64,000 nt of DNA from a virus. The stretch's first letter is position 1. The number at the start of each line of letters is the position of its first letter. The notes under the pieces were generated by a model. The model ran no database searches and had not been told where the DNA came from. It worked only from the letters and a program-made list of their open reading frames with translations. Position numbers and translations under genes: made by a program. Shown one piece after another: positions 37,083 to 47,329 of this stretch. The stretch lies in IMG/VR virus record IMGVR_UViG_3300030107_007542, positions 64,001 to 128,000 of that record; one strand, given 5' to 3'.

Positions 37083-40000
37083 TTAACAAACATTCGAACT
37101 TTGTCCGTCTGCTGCGTTCTGCTGCGAGTTTCCGGTTCCCGATTCTGCGTCCACTTCATCATTGTTTTGTCCTTCTTCTAAAAGCATCAGTAAGAGATAA
37201 ATTATACCCAATGGGCTCGGCGGCATGCAGAACAAGCCGACGATAGTCCCAGTGAAATCAACACCTCTGGTTGTCATCTTCGGACCGAGAGAAGGAGCCT
37301 CTAGAGGCCCAGGTGGATCAGGAAGGGCGTTAGTAGCTTCTGCATTCATAGTATTAAGGCCGCAGAATGCCAAAGCCAATAACTGTTCGCCCTCAAGATC
37401 CTTCAGCATAGGCTTGATAGGTGACTCGTCTGGCTGTACGGCCACCGCAACGTCAATTCCTTGATCGATGGCATCGATAACAAAAGAAAAGACCTGACCA
37501 GTGATTTCACGAACAATCTTCCAAATCGCCACATGAGGATCAATCATCTCTGCCAAGCCCTTAAGAATCTTAATTGGCGTCTCGCGGAGCATTTTCATAA
37601 TGAACTCGCGCGCGGACATTCCCATATCGGATTCGCCGGCGGAGCCTAGGCTGTTGGTCAGCGCCGTGGAGGCGCTGTCCTCCGGGCCACCTACGGGGGG
37701 AGCCATATCCGTTCGAGACATCATCCCAAAGAGATCCAGTATCACTTGCTTGGTTGTATTAAAATTATCTTCAATTCCCTCAAAGAAAGTGTTGGTAAGT
37801 CCCAAGTTATAAAGGAGCGGCACCATCAAAATCATCTCGGGGTTAAATGTTTGAGAGATAAAACGAGAATATTCCACATCTTCCTTAATACGAGGAACGT
37901 GGACTGCAGGGGACGTACGATTAAATCTCTTGATCTTATCAAGCCTACTATCCATGGAGGTGCCTGTGTTGGCGTTATTAGGGTTTGGGTTCGTTGCAAG
38001 GCCGGTAACCATGCTAGCAGAGGGAAGCGCTTGATTTGAGTTGGAACTTGCGGCGTTAGCCTCTAGTTCATTGGGATTAAAATCACCTATAGCGTAAATA
38101 TCCACCGTTAAAAGGTCCCCTAGAATCTGGGCTCCAGGGTTCGACGCATCCAGATCTGTCTGCGCTGCGTCTAGAATAGAATCATGTCCAACCGCGCGGC
38201 CTTGCAAATTCATTGCCTTGACCATAAGGTTTCGTACGGGCCCTGATCTAAACGACTGAACAAAGGGAGAATTGGATTGATCCCAATCGTTCTCTGCCGT
38301 ACTGCTGCCGCCGCGGTAGTGCGGGAAGTTGAACATTAATTTATAGCCTACCTTCAAGTTTTCAAAAATCGGAAGAGTTCCTTCCGTAAGTTCAATAAGA
38401 TCAATAAAATCTACTGCAGTGTTAGTGCGTACTGGCATGGCTCCGCCAGCGGAGGAGCCCAATATATCTTGCAACGTTAAGACATGGCGGGGGAGGCTCC
38501 CATCGGGGCGCGCACCAACCGTAGCCTGGTGCCAGTCGACGTGAGTGGTGTGACCAGTGACATGGATCCCGCCGGCGGCGAACCAATCCTGTACGGCGTT
38601 CTCCCAGGAGGTGTCCCAGGCGCCCTGCGCTCTTTCAAGCTCACGCGGATGCCAGGGAACCTGGACCTCAGAAGAACTAAGATCTTCCCAGTTTGAAATT
38701 CCATCCCAGTATGCATACTTGGCAAAAAAGACTCGGCCCTCACCAGATTTCATAGGTGCATTTTTGCGCCCATAAGGCGCCTTATAGATTCCTAAAACCT
38801 CTTTAATAAAAATGTCTTCATAACTCGAATCAGCGCCAGTGGTGCTTAAGATATTATTAATAGACTGCATCGTATTAACCATCTGACCACAAACCTCATA
38901 AGTAAAGCCCATGCGCTCTTCAATCAGATATTGAATTATCTTACTAAATGGTAGACTATTCATATCGGTACCCGTTTTGAGGTATGGAACTACCGTATCG
39001 CGTGCAAAGGAGTGGGTGATACCTCCAGCTGCCATGGCCCTGGTCCTATTCAACATTTTCTCAAATCGATCCCGCAAAAAGACATCCAGGCCTGCGCCGC
39101 CTTCGCCCAATTTAGCTGATATCTGGTTGACCATGCTTGTCATGAACAACTCTCGCAAAAGAGGCTTTTCAAAAATTTCCTCAAACTGAAATGCACTGAC
39201 AACAAAAATATTCTTTATTAAGAATTCAACAATATAAACCTGGATGAACAGATTGATGAGTCCCATTTTTAGGGCGTCTCTGGCGCAATCTTTCGCGTCT
39301 CCCTCATCATTGCAGGCTGCTTCGCCAAAATCTTCTTTAAGTTGGGCCAATATTCCCCTAACATCTAGTAGATCGCCTGTCTGGGCTGGGTCACAGTTTG
39401 TGTTGTCTTTAAAAAGATTTAAAGAATTTAACTTTGCCAGGGTAAAAATTCCATTTCGCTGGATGTACCCAAAGATTCTTTTCACCATTCCATTCATAGC
39501 TGTTGGGAACACTTGCTTTTGCAGCTTATTTTGTAGATATTTCTTGTTAGCTGCGCTCAGTGGTGCATCCGCAAGGCTTATCAGTTGCTTCTGGAGAGGG
39601 TATGTAAAATTAAAGATATAGGGATTGAAATCGCTCTCTGTCCCGAACCCAGACACAGCATCTTCAGGATCTGCGCCGGCGCCGTACAGAGGCGTAAAAG
39701 AAGGGTCGTCGACGATGCCCTCAAGCCAGCCTTGCTCGACGCCGGGGAGCAAACCATTTGGGATTCCCATACGGAATGGAGGTCGGCCGGCCATAATATC
39801 ATTGTTGGAATAGAATTCCAGATTGAGTGGGTCGATCTTTGGCACGACTTTACTCAAGAATCGATATTGCATTCTTAATCGCCCGTATTCGTCGTTGGTC
39901 TTGTCCGTCAGCATGCGCGAGTAATAGGTTTGGTCACCACCGGGGGATTCCGTCCGAGTACGCCACACATTATTCGGCTTATCACTACCCGCTATCTCAA

Positions 40001-43000
40001 CATACTCCGGAGGCGTTTGTCGTGCCATGGCCATGAAATTATTATAGAAATTACGCGAGAAGACATACGTCACGTTGGGAGGTGACCCACCACCGTCGTC
40101 CATTGTAGCCTTAATATCAGCAATCTTATTATTTACATCTGCTATGGCGGCTTGCGCTTCACCACCTTGGGCTAAAACATCTTCAATGATGCCGTTTATT
40201 ATAGGAAGCATTTCCTCGAATGCCTCCAGGCTACCTCCGAGCTTATTCAGATTAACATCGGGACAGACCTCCGGGTCGATGTTAAGTCCCACATTAGATA
40301 TCTCTTCAAAAATATCAGACAAAGTAGAAAGAAACCTAGTATCCATCTTAGGTGGATCAACACAATCATCTCCCACTTTTCCATGCACACACAGTTGTTT
40401 TAAAGCTTCATCTACCGCGGGATTACCACCACCACCATTAGCACCCCCGGCCCCAGCCACAACCTTGGGCTCTAGTAGAGTAGCTCGGCTGGCCTCTACT
40501 GAGTATACAAACTGCATCTTTACATTGTCAACGGTGCTATTAAAGATGGAAGGAATAACACGGTCTATGACGGGGTTAGCCAAAAATTGAGGGTGCTCGG
40601 GACATAAAAGATTCGGTAGAAGTGAGCTAGGGTCAATTGGAATGCCGTCATTTAACATGGAAGCGAGCTTTTGAATGCTCTCTTGGTCAGCCAGAGGAGA
40701 AAGATCAGCTTCATTTAAACAATAGTTCTCTATAGCTGCTCTTAGGTCCACATCATTTATCAAATCATTGCAAACCGTTTCCATGTTGGCAAGAGGTGCC
40801 AAAGCGCCGAAGAACGACAGAACAAGGTTGCGACTCTGAAGAACTTGAATTTGTGGCTCTGGCCATGTTGTATTAAAGATAGCAATTTTTTGAATTGTGG
40901 TATCTTGCACATCCGCACGAGAATTGAAGAGGCGGCATACCTCCAGAGGTGTAAGGACCGCGCTCACTGCTGACAAATAATCAAAACCCCTGTCCTGATC
41001 TAAGCCAAACTGGTCGAAGGCGTTGTTAAGCAGATCCTCCATGTCTGGAGTTATGGGAGGGCCGCCTTTCAAATTATCCTTCATTGCTTGGGCTGCATCA
41101 ACCGCACCCAATTGTTCAGGGCGGTTCAATAGATTATCACAATTAAATTTAATTATTTCAGCTAAGCCCGAGACGAGATCCATTGCTAATTCCATTAAGA
41201 TTTCCAAAAGCATGTCAACAATCTGCTTCCACAATGGAGGATCACCGGTGATCGGATTGGGTATTACTATCTCTGGAAATTCAGGAATCTCTAGGAGCGG
41301 CTTAGGAATTTTTGGAGGCTCATAGTCCTCTATCATTTGAGCTATATCTAATCCTGAGTTTATTGCATCTTTGATCCTATCAAGCGAAAAATTAGTTCCC
41401 ATTGTTAGGCAAATCAATGCTTCACCAATTAACTCGATGATTCCAAAGCGCGCGAGGACTTCGTCCATGATCTCCAGAGTATCCCGAACCTGCTTAACAC
41501 CACCCCCTTCTCTGGAAGATGTCCTATCGCGAGTTAAGTCTGCTCGCGCCCGGTCCAGGACTCGTTGCGCGTCTTCAATACGGAGACCGTCGCCGGAGTC
41601 CATGGCAGCCTGTAGATCCTGCTCAGCAGTCTCCACTTTGCTCTCTAACTCGCGTCGTTCTTCCACTGCGGCAGAAATCCCCTTGGCTTCCTTAACCATG
41701 GCGATAACATCATCAATGACCTGTTTAATGGGAAATTTCGCTTCAAAGGTTTTGTTTGCGTTTTCTAAGAACAAAGCCGCTTGCGCGTCTGGGTCATTAA
41801 GAGCAACTTCTAAAGCTGCTACTTCTTCGGATCTCAAAAACGTGCTCAAAGTGGCAGCGAGCGCGACCGGGTTACTTACATCAAGTTTGGTGGAACTCTC
41901 GGCAGCCTGAAATATCGAATTGTACAAAAACGGGTTTACACCAGGAGGTGCAGGCGCTTGAAACTCTACCTCTATTGAGGCGCCATCGTCCGATGACAAT
42001 CGAACGGGCGCAGCGGCCGTCATCAAAGCGGCAGGAGTCAGGCCGAGAAGTGGCCCATATGTACTCTGGATAAATTCAAGTAATGAACTGAGGCCCGTGG
42101 TTCCGCGTGCATTCACATCAAAATCGGAAATTATCCTACGATGATTTCTTAGCGTCTCTATCAGCCATGGATCTTTCGCAGTGCGGTTGTACTTAATGAG
42201 AGAAAACAAACCGATCTTGAGAGCCCCCATTTCAAGGCCATCTAAAGTATCCAACTCATAGGTAGCAGAAAGGATGTTTTGATTAGGCCCAAGTTGAATT
42301 CGAAGGACATCATCGTCTCCTAGAGTACCAGAGTTCTTACCCGATAAATTCAAATCACGACGGACTGCGGCGACCAAATCTCCCACAAACATCCGTATCT
42401 CTGTACTGATTGCTTCCAGATCTAAAGGAATCTTCAGAGGGGCAGGATAACGTATAATCTGCTTATTATAGGCATTGAGTGTTGCTGTCAGGTCTCGGGT
42501 CATCTGTGCAGCAGTTCCCAGATTAATAATAATCTCGCCTCCAGGGTTACGCTGATCGGATTGATAATATTGCTCTATAAAATATTGTCTTGCTTCCGTG
42601 TAGCTCGGAAATCCAGAACTATATGAAGGAACCCCCGGAGTTTGGCCCGGGAGCAAACAAGGATCACCACTTACTGCAGCCTGAATTGTAGCGGTCGTCG
42701 CATTTGCAGCCTCTTGCACTTGAGGGTTATATTCTCGCAAGCCTTGGCGTATTCGCTTAAAATTTATGGTGCCAGGGGAGGTCATAAAATAATATTTAGG
42801 TGCGATAGGCGATGCGCTATCAAGATCGGCGGCGCCTTGATCGGATTTTATAAACTCAAGATTAGCAAGAATTTGACCACGAATAGTGTTGTAACTGTCT
42901 GTGGCACCGGTCGGGAGCGAAGGTATCGTTGGCTGCGGGGATAGGCTAGCTTTCGACTGGCGCTTACCCTTTTTAGCGGAGCGTCGGGACGTCTTAGGCT

Positions 43001-43226
43001 TAGCTTTTGGTGCACCCTGAGTTAAAGGATAGAACTCTGGTAAATAATATTCTATTAAAGCATTCACCGCAGATTCTTTTAGCGATTCTGGGGTGGGCAT
43101 TTCTTTGGCTCCTCGTTGTAGAGCTGGCTGCACCAATACCGCGTACGCTCCCTTATCCAAATCAAACCATGGGATGAAAGGAGAAAACTTTTGAAATACA
43201 TTTAAGCTGTTAAAGTCGATTGTCAT
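37083..43226 (-). CDS. 2047-aa hypothetical virion protein (helical; candidate tape-measure/ejection or hub-associated)
   Basis: Predominantly helical, with a coiled-coil (EERRELESKVETAEQDLQ), K/R patch (KAKPKTSRRSAKKGKRQSK) and C-terminal hydrophobic segment (GTIVGLFCMPPSPLGIIYLLLMLL). Lies between the spike-like gene and gp25. Confidence 0.4.
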   Translation of the reverse strand: MTIDFNSLNVFQKFSPFIPWFDLDKGAYAVLVQPALQRGAKEMPTPESLKESAVNALIEYYLPEFYPLTQGAPKAKPKTSRRSAKKGKRQSKASLSPQPTIPSLPTGATDSYNTIRGQILANLEFIKSDQGAADLDSASPIAPKYYFMTSPGTINFKRIRQGLREYNPQVQEAANATTATIQAAVSGDPCLLPGQTPGVPSYSSGFPSYTEARQYFIEQYYQSDQRNPGGEIIINLGTAAQMTRDLTATLNAYNKQIIRYPAPLKIPLDLEAISTEIRMFVGDLVAAVRRDLNLSGKNSGTLGDDDVLRIQLGPNQNILSATYELDTLDGLEMGALKIGLFSLIKYNRTAKDPWLIETLRNHRRIISDFDVNARGTTGLSSLLEFIQSTYGPLLGLTPAALMTAAAPVRLSSDDGASIEVEFQAPAPPGVNPFLYNSIFQAAESSTKLDVSNPVALAATLSTFLRSEEVAALEVALNDPDAQAALFLENANKTFEAKFPIKQVIDDVIAMVKEAKGISAAVEERRELESKVETAEQDLQAAMDSGDGLRIEDAQRVLDRARADLTRDRTSSREGGGVKQVRDTLEIMDEVLARFGIIELIGEALICLTMGTNFSLDRIKDAINSGLDIAQMIEDYEPPKIPKPLLEIPEFPEIVIPNPITGDPPLWKQIVDMLLEILMELAMDLVSGLAEIIKFNCDNLLNRPEQLGAVDAAQAMKDNLKGGPPITPDMEDLLNNAFDQFGLDQDRGFDYLSAVSAVLTPLEVCRLFNSRADVQDTTIQKIAIFNTTWPEPQIQVLQSRNLVLSFFGALAPLANMETVCNDLINDVDLRAAIENYCLNEADLSPLADQESIQKLASMLNDGIPIDPSSLLPNLLCPEHPQFLANPVIDRVIPSIFNSTVDNVKMQFVYSVEASRATLLEPKVVAGAGGANGGGGNPAVDEALKQLCVHGKVGDDCVDPPKMDTRFLSTLSDIFEEISNVGLNIDPEVCPDVNLNKLGGSLEAFEEMLPIINGIIEDVLAQGGEAQAAIADVNNKIADIKATMDDGGGSPPNVTYVFSRNFYNNFMAMARQTPPEYVEIAGSDKPNNVWRTRTESPGGDQTYYSRMLTDKTNDEYGRLRMQYRFLSKVVPKIDPLNLEFYSNNDIMAGRPPFRMGIPNGLLPGVEQGWLEGIVDDPSFTPLYGAGADPEDAVSGFGTESDFNPYIFNFTYPLQKQLISLADAPLSAANKKYLQNKLQKQVFPTAMNGMVKRIFGYIQRNGIFTLAKLNSLNLFKDNTNCDPAQTGDLLDVRGILAQLKEDFGEAACNDEGDAKDCARDALKMGLINLFIQVYIVEFLIKNIFVVSAFQFEEIFEKPLLRELFMTSMVNQISAKLGEGGAGLDVFLRDRFEKMLNRTRAMAAGGITHSFARDTVVPYLKTGTDMNSLPFSKIIQYLIEERMGFTYEVCGQMVNTMQSINNILSTTGADSSYEDIFIKEVLGIYKAPYGRKNAPMKSGEGRVFFAKYAYWDGISNWEDLSSSEVQVPWHPRELERAQGAWDTSWENAVQDWFAAGGIHVTGHTTHVDWHQATVGARPDGSLPRHVLTLQDILGSSAGGAMPVRTNTAVDFIDLIELTEGTLPIFENLKVGYKLMFNFPHYRGGSSTAENDWDQSNSPFVQSFRSGPVRNLMVKAMNLQGRAVGHDSILDAAQTDLDASNPGAQILGDLLTVDIYAIGDFNPNELEANAASSNSNQALPSASMVTGLATNPNPNNANTGTSMDSRLDKIKRFNRTSPAVHVPRIKEDVEYSRFISQTFNPEMILMVPLLYNLGLTNTFFEGIEDNFNTTKQVILDLFGMMSRTDMAPPVGGPEDSASTALTNSLGSAGESDMGMSAREFIMKMLRETPIKILKGLAEMIDPHVAIWKIVREITGQVFSFVIDAIDQGIDVAVAVQPDESPIKPMLKDLEGEQLLALAFCGLNTMNAEATNALPDPPGPLEAPSLGPKMTTRGVDFTGTIVGLFCMPPSPLGIIYLLLMLLEEGQNNDEVDAESGTGNSQQNAADGQSSNVC

Positions 43227-43228
43227 GA

Positions 43229-44218
43229 TTAATTTGTATTATTGTATCTACTCAAAATAAAACGCTTTCCACGAATTCCGCCCGGGCTCAGCAAATATCG
43301 CGACTTAATTCCAATTGCACCATCTTTGCCATCTAAAAGATCTGAGGTGTAAGCTGGTACTTCCACATTCAATGCAGCATTAACCACACTCTCTAAAATC
43401 CTAGGCATTGCAGTAAAAGAAGGTGAGCCATCTAAGCCATAAAACGGAGATTTATGAGTGTGAGTAAGCAGTTCGGTATTGATCGTTCGTTGATAATCGG
43501 CCATTGCCAGTACACGGTCACGCAATTGATTAACATTATTGATGATGGCATTCAAACATGCCACAAGATTGGCCCCCTTAACTAGGGGCTGCATATCTGT
43601 ATCATCATTCATCCCAATGAGGTCAATGCCATACTGCCCTTGCCAGGTCGTGGCACACTCTCCTCCTTGAGAGTTCTTCGCATCTGTCCGTGTGACAAGC
43701 TTAATATTTTCGCGTGCGATTACACGAATCGTGTCGGCCTTCAGAGCGATCGTAGAGCGCGGGGCGTCCAAAGTTACATTCCCTACAACTCCCTTTGGAA
43801 GATCAAAGTAGGTGGGGTCGTCTACTGCTGCCTTTTGACTGAGATAAATTCGTGCGGCATCTTTCTTAAAATTAGGATTGACACCGATATCTCCCTCGGT
43901 CGTAAGACTTCGCCGCGCTTCAAAACCCATCAGCCCCGCCACTATATCAATTGAGGAACATCTAATATTGCCTTTTCCTCCATAGCCGCTTGCTTTACTA
44001 TGAGTACGATCATATCCTAGTACAATAAGGGAGTTGCCCTTTTTATACACCTTCTCGTTGGAAGTGGCAAGATATTTAGGAGCATCATATTGTCGCCTTG
44101 CGCCGACGCCGCCCATGCCCATCCACCTGCTCTTAAGGCCTCCTGGTAGGTTGTCGAACTCTTCACCAACAGCGGGTGGCATAATTGAACGCCATGCTGC
44201 TTCTACTGTCTTTCCCAT
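43229..44218 (-). CDS. Baseplate spike-like protein (gp5 C-terminal/gpV-like)
   Basis: Beta-strand run AARIYLSQ...STIALKADTIRVIARENIKLVT; C-terminal HTHKSP as in metal-binding spike tips; follows the OB-lysozyme gene. Confidence 0.5.
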   Translation of the reverse strand: MGKTVEAAWRSIMPPAVGEEFDNLPGGLKSRWMGMGGVGARRQYDAPKYLATSNEKVYKKGNSLIVLGYDRTHSKASGYGGKGNIRCSSIDIVAGLMGFEARRSLTTEGDIGVNPNFKKDAARIYLSQKAAVDDPTYFDLPKGVVGNVTLDAPRSTIALKADTIRVIARENIKLVTRTDAKNSQGGECATTWQGQYGIDLIGMNDDTDMQPLVKGANLVACLNAIINNVNQLRDRVLAMADYQRTINTELLTHTHKSPFYGLDGSPSFTAMPRILESVVNAALNVEVPAYTSDLLDGKDGAIGIKSRYLLSPGGIRGKRFILSRYNNTN

Positions 44219-44230
44219 GCCTTGTTCCTT

Positions 44231-45583
44231 CTATTCAAACTTGTAGCTAGCCTTATTGGTTGAATTAATAGCGCGGTCAACTGCCGGGCCTGTTTTACCC
44301 CAGCCAGCATTTGCACGAGCCACAACAATGTTTGCTTCTTCTTGGGTCGTCGCGCTGTTAATGTCGCCTGAAACAGGAGAAGCGCTCATTTTCAGGCGCC
44401 GTACTAGAAAATTAACAGCCGCATGAGAGGCGTGCTCAGGGTTGTTCATTAGATCAGGCGATCCTACAAAATCCACACCTATTCTATCACCTGAATTTTT
44501 GTACGACCCTCGAAACGTTATTTGATTCATGCCTCGGCCGCGATAATCATACCCGTCGCTGGTTCCAGGACGGTTGCCATATTTTTCAAAATTCTTAAAG
44601 TGGCCGCCGTAGATATGGTTAAAAAACTTTTTGTCATCTGCAGCCAGGGCCTTAAGCTCGGTATCATTAAAGTCTTTAACTCGTGACCCAAAGATCTCTC
44701 GAATTCGCCTTACAGAAGCATTCCCATATCCTTTTTCTTCTTGTGGCATTAGCGCCGACTCCTTAGCTATAACACTGAGTAACGCAATCTTCATATATCG
44801 ATTTGTAAGTCCATACTGCGTCATATACCGCTCAATAATTTTAAGATTAGCATTTCGAGTGCCTCTGGCATAGACTCCCTTTCCTTTGATGGGACCAGTG
44901 TCGTCTGCACGTACATTCGAGTTATTAGGCGCCGGTGTGTCAATACCTCCAGAACTGTTATCAGAGGAGCTACCACGAGAACTGTTGGGCGCTGCTGATG
45001 TCCCTAGCTTAAAAGCTTGTTTGGTTGATGGTGGCTGCTGCATAGCAGGCGTTACAAGACCAGGGATATTTTCTCCAATTTCAATAATTTTTGGATCGGC
45101 CAAAGTGTGAGTATTTCCAAAAAAGACTTTCACTTGTGTGCCAGGAGGAATAGCTCCCTGGACCTGGTTAGCTCCGATGTCGACCGGTACCCAAGGCGCC
45201 ATGGTCATGAAATAATTAAACTTATCTTTGTCCTTCCAATCATCGCATTCTAAAAGATTATAAGTCGTTCCCGCTAATCCAGGGATCCATACCTTGTAAA
45301 GATAGTTAAATACTTCAAAACTGGCGCGTTTTGCCGCCGAATAGCGCAACCTGTCGATCATATAGGCAGGAGATGGAGATGTGATTGCCTTGTAAGCAAC
45401 AACAACACCCTCCATCGGATTAGAAAATACTACTTCTTTTTTAAAAGTCTCGCCGCGAAGAGCTTGAGAGATCGCTGTAGAAGGCTTAAGGGTCCGAGGA
45501 TTTCCCACATGACCGGGTGTCTCGACTGTGTTAGCCTCCAGCATAGATTTTTCAACTTTACAAATTAAAGTATCTTCGGCCAT
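44231..45583 (-). CDS. gp5-like baseplate protein: OB-fold-like N-terminus + GH19 lysozyme/chitinase-like domain
   Basis: PPGTQVKVFF OB-like motif, S/P-rich linker, then GH19 motifs IAKESALMPQEE, YGNRPGTSDGYDYRGRGMNQITFRGSY and VDFVGSPDLM. Confidence 0.8.
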   Translation of the reverse strand: MAEDTLICKVEKSMLEANTVETPGHVGNPRTLKPSTAISQALRGETFKKEVVFSNPMEGVVVAYKAITSPSPAYMIDRLRYSAAKRASFEVFNYLYKVWIPGLAGTTYNLLECDDWKDKDKFNYFMTMAPWVPVDIGANQVQGAIPPGTQVKVFFGNTHTLADPKIIEIGENIPGLVTPAMQQPPSTKQAFKLGTSAAPNSSRGSSSDNSSGGIDTPAPNNSNVRADDTGPIKGKGVYARGTRNANLKIIERYMTQYGLTNRYMKIALLSVIAKESALMPQEEKGYGNASVRRIREIFGSRVKDFNDTELKALAADDKKFFNHIYGGHFKNFEKYGNRPGTSDGYDYRGRGMNQITFRGSYKNSGDRIGVDFVGSPDLMNNPEHASHAAVNFLVRRLKMSASPVSGDINSATTQEEANIVVARANAGWGKTGPAVDRAINSTNKASYKFE

Positions 45584-45888
45584 CAGTCATCCCCCTGATC
45601 ATTCAGTAGATCAAAAATCTGTTCCTTATCATCGGCACTAAGTCCGATCTGATCAGACTTTTGTTTTTGCAGGAGGGCGGCCAACTTTACCATCTGTTCG
45701 TTGGAGCGCTGTAAATTTTCTACATATTTAGCAGCAATGGATCCCATTTCGCGTCGCGCGGAATCCGATAGCTTCATGTCATTGATGGCATCCATCAGAA
45801 GGGACTTCGCCATGGCCCGATCCTCACGGATATTGGTGGTGGTCTCTTCGATATAGTCGTCTAAATTTAAATTTCGCCGCTTTCCCAT
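45583..45888 (-). CDS. Hypothetical coiled-coil protein (101 aa)
   Basis: Helical ORF between the sigma factor and the gp5-like gene; coupled overlaps. Confidence 0.55.
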   Translation of the reverse strand: MGKRRNLNLDDYIEETTTNIREDRAMAKSLLMDAINDMKLSDSARREMGSIAAKYVENLQRSNEQMVKLAALLQKQKSDQIGLSADDKEQIFDLLNDQGDD

Positions 45889-46574
45889 TTGTTTTTAAAC
45901 ACCTTATAACGCTTTCTCAATTTATTAAGATTATTCACAACTTGTTTAGTATTAAGTCCGGTAATCTCTCGCAAGTATAAGTAAATAGCTTTTTTGTTGA
46001 AAATTTCTATTTGATCTGCGGAGTCTAAAAGTATGCGCACTGCCATTAAAACCTTTTTTTCGTTTTCCTTTAACATAAACGAATCCCAAGTGCCCATCTC
46101 GCCATGAAACGAAGTCCAAAATTCAATGTCCTGACGCTTTGATTCATAGGTGGGTTCCCGTGAAATAAGATCCTCATCTAACTCATTAACAACGTCCTCT
46201 AGATAAACCTCGGTCCGATTTTGTTTTTGAGTCTTCTTTACTTTGTGGATAAACCAATTTTTCGTAACAACCGAGAAGTATGAAAATGCTTTGGATCCCT
46301 TGGAGGGATCGTACTTGTTGAGAATTGTGGTGAGCCATATCTTACACTCATCTTTTAAAGAATCAATGTTTGGGAGACTGGTAAAGCGATAAGTATAAAT
46401 TATCTTGTCTACCATTTGATCAAAGGCAGGTTGTATGTACTCTATATACAGTTTTGATCGAAGCTCTCGATCTGTTGTACTGGCGTACTTAATAATCGCA
46501 TCTTCATGAACCTTAGTAAAATAATGGTTCTTACTCGATTTCTTGCGGCGTGTACGCCTCTTCGGAGCGGCCAT
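45867..46574 (-). CDS. Phage late sigma factor, T4 gp55-like
   Basis: NHYFT...region 2-like KYDPSKGSKAFSYFSVVTKNWFI resembles the gp55 FDP-x-K...PFAYFT motif; sits immediately ahead of the baseplate operon. Confidence 0.7.
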   Translation of the reverse strand: MAAPKRRTRRKKSSKNHYFTKVHEDAIIKYASTTDRELRSKLYIEYIQPAFDQMVDKIIYTYRFTSLPNIDSLKDECKIWLTTILNKYDPSKGSKAFSYFSVVTKNWFIHKVKKTQKQNRTEVYLEDVVNELDEDLISREPTYESKRQDIEFWTSFHGEMGTWDSFMLKENEKKVLMAVRILLDSADQIEIFNKKAIYLYLREITGLNTKQVVNNLNKLRKRYKVFKNKWESGEI

Positions 46575-46869
46575 AAAATTCTTCCTCTTCTTCTTCGTCT
46601 AATGTATATTCAAATGTATCCCTAAACATCTCTATTTCGCTTGTAACGTCCTTAACCCGAAATATCAATTCTTGTATAAGGGGCTCCCCATGATAGCTGT
46701 CCATGCTATATAAACTTTTAGCAAAAGCTTGAAAGTCTTTAGTAACGATAAACAGACTTGTGATATTTTCTGATATGTATAGCAGCTTTTGGAGGAGCCT
46801 TACCACATACCAGATTAGCAGAATGTTTAGAAGTATCGAAAGGACCCCAGCAATAATAAAATTTGTCAT
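46531..46869 (-). CDS. Single-pass membrane protein with acidic tail
   Basis: N-terminal TM (FIIAGVLSILLNILLIWYVV); C-terminal DEEEEEE. Confidence 0.6.
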   Translation of the reverse strand: MTNFIIAGVLSILLNILLIWYVVRLLQKLLYISENITSLFIVTKDFQAFAKSLYSMDSYHGEPLIQELIFRVKDVTSEIEMFRDTFEYTLDEEEEEEFYGRSEEAYTPQEIE

Positions 46870-47114
46870 CTCTGATCTTCTAATTCTTTCTTCTGTTGGC
46901 GCAACTCATCGCGGGAAGTCTGTATAAACTTCTCCGTGGTGTCGCCTACTTTTTGTTTTCGAAGCTGCTTTTTGTTTGTGCGAAAGGTGGTAAGCTGCTT
47001 TGTAAGCGAACCTTGTGTTTCACACTTAGGACAGTCGTTCACCACTTCATCCGACAGATGTTGGATTGTGATATCAGTGTCACACTTGTCACACCTATAA
47101 GCATACCTCGGCAT
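46866..47114 (-). CDS. FmdB-family zinc-ribbon protein
   Basis: MPRYAYRCDKC...CPKC motif. Confidence 0.8.
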   Translation of the reverse strand: MPRYAYRCDKCDTDITIQHLSDEVVNDCPKCETQGSLTKQLTTFRTNKKQLRKQKVGDTTEKFIQTSRDELRQQKKELEDQR

Positions 47115-47116
47115 CG

Positions 47117-47329
47117 CTATTCCTCTATAGAGGAAATGAGATCGCCTAGCTCAGTGTTTTCTAAACTCACTACAGGAGGGTTAGTAATAACGAGAGCGCT
47201 TTGAGATTGATCCTCGGGATCAACTTGAAAGTTCATCTCTTTCAAAAGCGGTACAATGTCTGTTTGTTCCAATAAGGATTTTTGGAGCGCCATCATGAGG
47301 GCGCCCATGGCTTGGTCGGTAAGTTTCAT
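47117..47329 (-). CDS. Hypothetical protein (70 aa)
   Basis: ATGA-coupled ORF filling the gap; no recognisable domain. Confidence 0.55.
   Translation of the reverse strand: MKLTDQAMGALMMALQKSLLEQTDIVPLLKEMNFQVDPEDQSQSALVITNPPVVSLENTELGDLISSIEE

Noticed and set aside
33299-45583. Interpretation as a bacterial T6SS, eCIS or tailocin locus
   Set aside because: It is flanked by primase, resolvase, Mre11-Rad50, a gp55-like sigma, lysis-like genes and capsid-targeting-like leaders, with no housekeeping genes or Tss membrane complex. A phage origin fits better.
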